Assembly (NCBI GenBank): GCA_021325135.1
Contig: JAJPHT010000016.1
Location: forward strand, 22,449-86,448
From: Pseudomonadota bacterium
Lineage (GTDB): Archaea > Thermoplasmatota > SW-10-69-26 > JACQPN01 > JAJPHT01
Reading direction: 5' to 3'
DNA: 64,000 bases
A model generated the notes under the pieces. The model did no database searches, was not told the origin of the DNA, and saw only the letters and a program-made list of their open reading frames with translations. A program made the translations under genes and the position numbers. Positions 59,046 through 64,000 of this stretch are shown piece after piece (position 1 is the first letter of the stretch; each line of letters begins with the position of its first letter).

Positions 59046-59771
59046 ATGCAGCGCAAGACCCGCCTCCCCTTCCTTGCCACGGGCGCGTTGGCCCTCCTCG
59101 TCCTCGCGGGCGTCGGCCTCGCGGTCGCCCACCACGGCGCGAGCGCGCCCCTCGCGTGGGCGAAGTCCTACGACGCGCGCGGCTTCCCCCGCGGCGGCTG
59201 GGCCGGCTTCACCGACGCGAACGGCACCGTGACCGGCCGCTTCGTGACGTTCCAGGCGGACCCCGCCGCGGGCACGATCACCGACCTCGGCTCCACCGCG
59301 GCCAACGCGTCGCACCCCCTCGTCGCTTCCCTCCAGCTTGGCAACGGCAGCGCGACGGGCAGCGCGGCGATGCGCCGGGGCGGCGGCTATCTCCTGGACG
59401 ACGGCGCGGGCGACCGCCTCGCCGTGGGCGACACGCCCCTCGCGGGCTTCCAGGCGATGAGCCGCAACGGCACGACGCTCACGATCACGCTCCCCGCGGG
59501 CGCCACCGTCGCGACGCACGACGCCGTCGCCGACTGGAGCCCTGCCGGCGCGACCGTCACCTACGCCAACGGCGAGAAGGCCAACCTCGTCCTCGGGCGC
59601 GGCTCGACCCTCGCCGCCAGCGGGCAGACCCTCACGGTCACCCTCGCCGCGGGCTCCGGCGCCGCCTTCACGACGCTGCCCGACGCGGCGGCGATGCCCC
59701 ATGGCGGCTTCTGGCACGGCTTCGGCCATCGCCTCCCCTTCGGCGGCTTCGCGCACCGCGGCTGGCGCTGA
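59046..59771 (+). CDS. Secreted or membrane-anchored hypothetical protein
   Basis: N-terminal hydrophobic segment, N-x-T/S sequons, His/Gly/Phe-rich C-terminus. Confidence 0.7.
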   Translation: MQRKTRLPFLATGALALLVLAGVGLAVAHHGASAPLAWAKSYDARGFPRGGWAGFTDANGTVTGRFVTFQADPAAGTITDLGSTAANASHPLVASLQLGNGSATGSAAMRRGGGYLLDDGAGDRLAVGDTPLAGFQAMSRNGTTLTITLPAGATVATHDAVADWSPAGATVTYANGEKANLVLGRGSTLAASGQTLTVTLAAGSGAAFTTLPDAAAMPHGGFWHGFGHRLPFGGFAHRGWR

Positions 59772-59840
59772 GCGTCGCGCGCTCCCCTCGGGGATTGCCT
59801 CTCCTCGACCGCTCTGTGGCAGGATCTCCCCGGCCTGCGT

Positions 59841-59963
59841 CCGCCTGGGAGCTGCCGCCCCCAGACCCCCGCGAAACCCGAATCTCCGGATCGCCGAATC
59901 TCCGACGTGGATTCTGAGATTCGGAGATTCGCGTCTTTTCAGGGGAAAGGGGGCGGAGCCCCC
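59841..59963. repeat. Dispersed palindromic element, copy 3 (inverted relative to copy 2)
   Basis: 59841-59890 is near-identical to the reverse complement of about 31130-31177; GAATCTCC and GGAGATTC arms. Confidence 0.88.
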
Positions 59964-60060
59964 AGCAAAAGCGAGAAAGGGGCTCCGCTGCGAAGTCCGA
60001 CGAAGAAGAGAAAAGATATCACCGGCGGAGCGCAGGGCCCCGCCGGGTGGTGTGCGCTCC

Positions 60061-61938
60061 TCAGGCGCAGCCGTTGCCGGGCTGCGACGCGAGCGGCACG
60101 GAGCGGGCGCCGATGTCCCGGCCCGTGGGGTTGAGGCTCGTGCCCTCGAAGGCGGCGTTGCCGGCCACGACGGTCATGTCGTAGCACTCCACGTCGCGGA
60201 GGTTGTACGAGTCGCCCACGGTGCCGTCGCGCGCGGCGTCGTCCTGCTTCGCGCCCGTGGTGGGGTCGAGGTTCCAGTTGGCCGGGTCGCAGTCCCAGCC
60301 GTACTGCACGCCCGCGTTGCGGCCGACGCCGTTGACGCAGCGCTCCGCGCCGTACTGGCCCACGCCGCCGGGCGTGCGCAGCCCGGAGGCGCCCACGCTG
60401 GCGTAGAACGTGTAGTAGTCCGCGGGGAACGCGTCGCTGCTGGCCTGGAGCGTGTTGCGGTCCACGGGCAGCGGCGGGTGGTTGTCGGAGTAGTAGGCGC
60501 CGGCCCACCACATGTCGTTGGAGTAGAGAGTCGCGTCCGCGGGGACGCCCAGGCTGCTGGGCGCGCCGCACGCCACCGCGGGGACGACCGCGGGGTCGCC
60601 GTCGACCTCGTTGAGGTTGCCCACGAGGCCGCCCACGAGGAAGTTCGCGGTCTGGATGGCCGTCTGCGAGGAGCACGCGCCGCGCGCCTGGGGCGAGTCC
60701 AGCGTGCCGTCGAAGCGGAAGTCCATGTCCGCGGACTGCTTGCCGGTGACCTTCACGCTGTCGGGGCCGTCGACCTCGGCGATGCCGTAGACGTCGCGGC
60801 CGCTGTCGTCGCCGCTGTTGCAGTCGTCCAGCGCGCTCTCCTCGATGGTCTCGTTGGCGGTCGCCGCGACGGAGCCCTGCGGGTTCGTCTGCACGGAGCC
60901 GGGCGCGCGGGGGCCGGAGCCCTGGAGCGCGCCGTTGAAGAGCACCTGGTAGACGGGGTCCGCGGCGCCCAGGTCCACGAGGGGCGCGGAGGAGCAGTCC
61001 TGCTCGCCGGAGACGACGCTGTTGCTGCCGTACTGGCAGGGCTCGGCGCCGCCCGCCTCGCCGTTGGGGCCGGTCTTGCAGCTCTGGTCCGTGCCGAACG
61101 TGCCCACGTCCGCGGGGCCGCCGTCCGCGTACAGGCTGTGCGGGTCGGGGAGCGTCGCGACGACGCCGCTGGGGTCGTTGGCGACGCCGGCCTCGTAGAC
61201 GTCGTGGGGCGTGGGGAGGAAGAGGGACTCCAGGCACTCGACGTGCTGGATCATGCCGCCCGTGTGGCTCGTCTGGCCCTTGCCGAAGAGCGTGGACACC
61301 TGGTGGCACGAGTCGCTGGTGGGGGGCTCCGCGGCGAGCCTCTTGGGCTCGTAGCGCAGGTCGCCCCACATCTTCACCGCGGGGTCGAGGATGAGGCGGT
61401 AGTTCGTGACGTTGCCCATGTCGCTGGTCACGGGGCCGCCGGCCGCGTCCGTCGCGGGCGCGATGGGGATCAGCTCGGTGATCCAGCCGCCGTTGTTGTG
61501 GATGGCGCCCGCGTTCTCGGGCGTGTCGGGGACGGGCGGGCAGAGGTTCGTGTCCACGGGGAAGCCGGCCGCGGCGCTGGCCTCGGCGCGGTACTCCAGG
61601 AGCGCGCCGTCGGCGAGGCCCACGTAGCCGTCCTGGTTGCAGTCCGCCCAGACGCCCAGGAGCGCCTGCCAGGTGCCCGGCCCGATGACGCCCGTGCGGC
61701 CGCCGAGGCTCGCGGAGTTGGGCGCGACGTTGCCCTGGCCCAGCGCGTAGGCCGTGTAGACGTTGAAGTAGACGTGGCCGGTCTCCGCGCCGGGCGCGTC
61801 CGTCCACATGTAGCCGTCGTGGGCGTCGTACGAGTTGTCGGGCTCGCTGCTGCCGTAGGAGCCCCACGTCGCCAGCCCCGAGGGGACCAGCAGGGAGGCC
61901 GCGACGAGCGCGGCCGCGGTCAAGGTGGTTCGGTTCAT
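60061..61938 (-). CDS. Secreted acidic 14-Cys protein, paralogue C
   Basis: ATG at 61938 (MNRTTLTAAALVAASLLVPSGLA|TWGSYG). Closest to paralogue A. Confidence 0.9.
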   Translation of the reverse strand: MNRTTLTAAALVAASLLVPSGLATWGSYGSSEPDNSYDAHDGYMWTDAPGAETGHVYFNVYTAYALGQGNVAPNSASLGGRTGVIGPGTWQALLGVWADCNQDGYVGLADGALLEYRAEASAAAGFPVDTNLCPPVPDTPENAGAIHNNGGWITELIPIAPATDAAGGPVTSDMGNVTNYRLILDPAVKMWGDLRYEPKRLAAEPPTSDSCHQVSTLFGKGQTSHTGGMIQHVECLESLFLPTPHDVYEAGVANDPSGVVATLPDPHSLYADGGPADVGTFGTDQSCKTGPNGEAGGAEPCQYGSNSVVSGEQDCSSAPLVDLGAADPVYQVLFNGALQGSGPRAPGSVQTNPQGSVAATANETIEESALDDCNSGDDSGRDVYGIAEVDGPDSVKVTGKQSADMDFRFDGTLDSPQARGACSSQTAIQTANFLVGGLVGNLNEVDGDPAVVPAVACGAPSSLGVPADATLYSNDMWWAGAYYSDNHPPLPVDRNTLQASSDAFPADYYTFYASVGASGLRTPGGVGQYGAERCVNGVGRNAGVQYGWDCDPANWNLDPTTGAKQDDAARDGTVGDSYNLRDVECYDMTVVAGNAAFEGTSLNPTGRDIGARSVPLASQPGNGCA

Positions 61939-62087
61939 GGAAGGAGACCTCCGCTGACGCGTGGAATGCCTCCCCCACGCGAGCGAGCCGGGGAACCGAC
62001 GCGCGGGGCATAACCCTTCTCGCGCCTTCGCTGTCTTGTCACCCGGGTGGCGGACACCGGCAGATGAGGCTCGACGTGAAGAAAGGA

Positions 62088-62954
62088 TCAGAGGGCGACG
62101 TCCACGCCGTACACGCGCTTCGGGTTCTCCGCGTGGACGACCCAGGCCTGCTCCTCGGTCATGAGGCCTTTGGACACCAGGTCCGCGGTGCGGCGCGGCA
62201 CGGTCTTGGGCCCCAGCACCGCGCCGGGGTAGCGCACGTCGCACATGTAGTCGGTCTCCATGAGGAAGCGCGTGCCCCCCGCGAGGGCCTCCTCCGCGCT
62301 CCCCTTGCCGATGAGCACGCTGGGCCAGAGGCCGTGGTTCACGCGCACGTCCACGATGGGCGTCGAGTAGTGCTTCACCGCGCGCTCCGCGGGCAGGCCC
62401 GCGGCCTTCAGGTGCGCGGCGAGGTCCGCGAAGCTCTCCGGGGTCGCGGTCTCGGCGTGGATCTGCACGGGGCAGCCCGCGTCCCGCGCCAGGGCGAAGC
62501 TGTATTCCATGAGCGCGTTGGCCCGCGCCATGATATCATCTGCGACGGGGCGCCAGTGGGGCCGTCCTACTTCGGCCATGGCGACGGCCTTCCCCTCGCG
62601 CACGAGCCGCGCGGCGGCCTCCAGCGCGCCGCGATGCACGGCCTCGGCCTCCTCCACGGGCACGCCCGCGCTGAGCAGGCTGGTGAACTCCGCGGGGTGG
62701 GGGCTCACGGCGACCGCGACGCGCAGGCCCAGCGTCCTCGCGCGCTCGGCCATCTCCAGCGTGATGGCGAACTGCCGCTCGTGGTCCGCGACGCTGCGAT
62801 TGATCCCGGCGCCCTCGTGGTAGGGCTTGTGGACCAGCATGACGTGCGTGCCGCCGGCGTGAAGGAAGTCCTTGGCCGCCTGCTCCCACGGCCCCGCGGG
62901 GTCGAGGTGGAAGTGGTTGTCCCACACGGGGTAGCGCGGGGCGGGCGCCGGCAT
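62088..62954 (-). CDS. TatD-related metal-dependent hydrolase
   Basis: Motifs DNHFH, HPAE, EVGRPH, QIHAE, KHY and METDY. Confidence 0.88.
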   Translation of the reverse strand: MPAPAPRYPVWDNHFHLDPAGPWEQAAKDFLHAGGTHVMLVHKPYHEGAGINRSVADHERQFAITLEMAERARTLGLRVAVAVSPHPAEFTSLLSAGVPVEEAEAVHRGALEAAARLVREGKAVAMAEVGRPHWRPVADDIMARANALMEYSFALARDAGCPVQIHAETATPESFADLAAHLKAAGLPAERAVKHYSTPIVDVRVNHGLWPSVLIGKGSAEEALAGGTRFLMETDYMCDVRYPGAVLGPKTVPRRTADLVSKGLMTEEQAWVVHAENPKRVYGVDVAL

Positions 62955-63060
62955 CGGGGGGCCCAAGCGGATCGCGCGGCTTCAGGGTATCTTCCTTTCG
63001 CCGCCGTCGCCTCGGCGCGCGGGGCCCCCGCTATGCCCTCCGGCGCCAAGGAGGGGCGTG

Positions 63061-63795
63061 ATGGCCGCGCTGCGCGTCATGACGTTCAACCTCCGGCGCG
63101 ACGTGGCCGCCGACGGGCCCCACCGGTGGGACGCGCGCAAGGAGCTGGTCGCCCGCCTGGTGCGCCGCCACGCGCCCCACGTCGTGGGCACGCAGGAGGG
63201 GCTCCCCCACCAGCTCGCCGACCTGGACGCGCGCCTTGCGGGCTATCGCCGCGTGGGCGGCTGCCGAAGGGGCGACGGCACCGACGAGCACAACGCGCTC
63301 TACTACGACGCCGCGCGCCTGGAATTGCTTGAGGCCGGCGACTTCTGGCTCAGCGACGCGCCCCACGAGCCGGGCAGCGCGACGTGGGGGAACCGCCACC
63401 CGCGCATCGCGACGTGGGCGCGCTTCATGGACCGCGTCACGGGGCGCCCGATCACCGTCGCCAACACGCACCTGGACCACGAGAGCGCGCGCGCCCGCCG
63501 CGAGGCCGCCGCCCTCCTCGCGCGCCGCCTCCCCGCCGCCATCCTCCTGGGCGACTTCAACGAGGAGCCCGGCGGCGAGGTCCACGCGGTCCTCTGCGGC
63601 GCGTCGCGCAAGGACACGACGCACCTCGACCGCACGCCCACCTTCCACGGCTTCAGCGCGCAGAGCCGCGCGCGCCTGGACTGGATCCTCGTCCCCGTGC
63701 ACGCGCATGTGAAGCGCGCGGCCGTGGTGCGCGAGCGGCCCGAAGGGCGCTATCCTTCGGATCACGACCCCGTCATGGCGGAGATCGTGGTGTGA
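63061..63795 (+). CDS. Endonuclease/exonuclease/phosphatase family protein
   Basis: Motifs MTFN, GTQE, NTHLD, GDFN, LDWI and SDHDP. Confidence 0.92.
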   Translation: MAALRVMTFNLRRDVAADGPHRWDARKELVARLVRRHAPHVVGTQEGLPHQLADLDARLAGYRRVGGCRRGDGTDEHNALYYDAARLELLEAGDFWLSDAPHEPGSATWGNRHPRIATWARFMDRVTGRPITVANTHLDHESARARREAAALLARRLPAAILLGDFNEEPGGEVHAVLCGASRKDTTHLDRTPTFHGFSAQSRARLDWILVPVHAHVKRAAVVRERPEGRYPSDHDPVMAEIVV

Positions 63796-63847
63796 GGCCA
63801 AAAGCGCAAGATATCATTCCAGCGTGCGCCAGCCTGGACGCGCATTG

Positions 63848-64000
63848 ACGGGCACCGGCCTCCCAGGTGGACGGTCAGCGACGGACGGGCGTAGCCCCGG
63901 AACTCTCTCGACCCCGCGACCCCACGAACGTCCTTGGTCCACGGTGAGGCTGCTCGCTTCCGCGCCTGACCCGGTGCCCGTGGCAAGGCACGCCCGGCAA
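63848..64000 (-). ncRNA. ffs: Signal recognition particle (7S) RNA, 3' part; truncated by the window edge
   Basis: The minus strand reads GGGTCAGGCGCGGAAGCGAGCAGCC (63972-63948), the helix-8 SRP54-binding motif with a GGAA tetraloop. The 3' end is approximate. Confidence 0.85.

Noticed and set aside
16070-59963. Octamer repeats or hairpins as a CRISPR array or integron attC sites
   Set aside because: There is no regular repeat-spacer periodicity and no cas or integrase gene. The 16 kb IRs are perfect and lack attC-type extrahelical bases.
8806-63327. Recurrent GAATTG/CAATTC hexamer (about 10 copies)
   Set aside because: It is almost always in one frame (GAA-TTG, Glu-Leu) and near the composition-based expectation, so it is more likely a codon-pair effect than a DNA signal.
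6-63986. Many long overlapping or antisense ORFs (e.g. 6..2003-, 7636..9717+, 22771..25422+, 30879..36428+, 53796..57213 part)
   Set aside because: These are shadow frames of high-GC genes: Arg/Gly/Ala/Pro-rich, with no motifs, and opposite or out of frame to well-supported genes.

Overview
This is a GC-rich archaeal chromosomal segment (roughly 70% GC by eye). Cdc6/Orc1, HerA-Mre11-Rad50, IPK, a COG1361 protein, SRP RNA and TATA-like promoters support an archaeal origin; a DUF3198-like gene suggests Thermoplasmatota, which is inference. Housekeeping content: cdc6, a mevalonate cluster (mvk-ipk-fni), trmJ, a site-2 protease, glmM, a herA-mre11-rad50 operon without nurA, a complete trp operon split into two halves, a MacB-type ABC/COG1361 operon, and the 3' part of the SRP RNA at the right edge. 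The most unusual observations are: (1) three paralogues of an unrecognised ~610-625 aa secreted acidic protein with 14 invariant cysteines; (2) an AT-rich motif TGATA(T/G)C, often the palindrome TGATATCA, embedded about every 3 kb in coding DNA in different reading frames via rare codons; (3) long intergenic hairpins built from tandem 8-mers, two of which flank a stand-alone WYL-like gene; (4) CTG starts in CTGA overlaps and a 27-aa micro-ORF inside the trp operon; (5) unusual fusions (GNAT-Zn ribbon-TM coupled to rad50, pseudokinase-STAND-histidine kinase, cyclophilin-FKBP lipoprotein). No CRISPR array, tRNA, rRNA or transposase was recognised. All family calls come from motif recognition by eye, not database searches.
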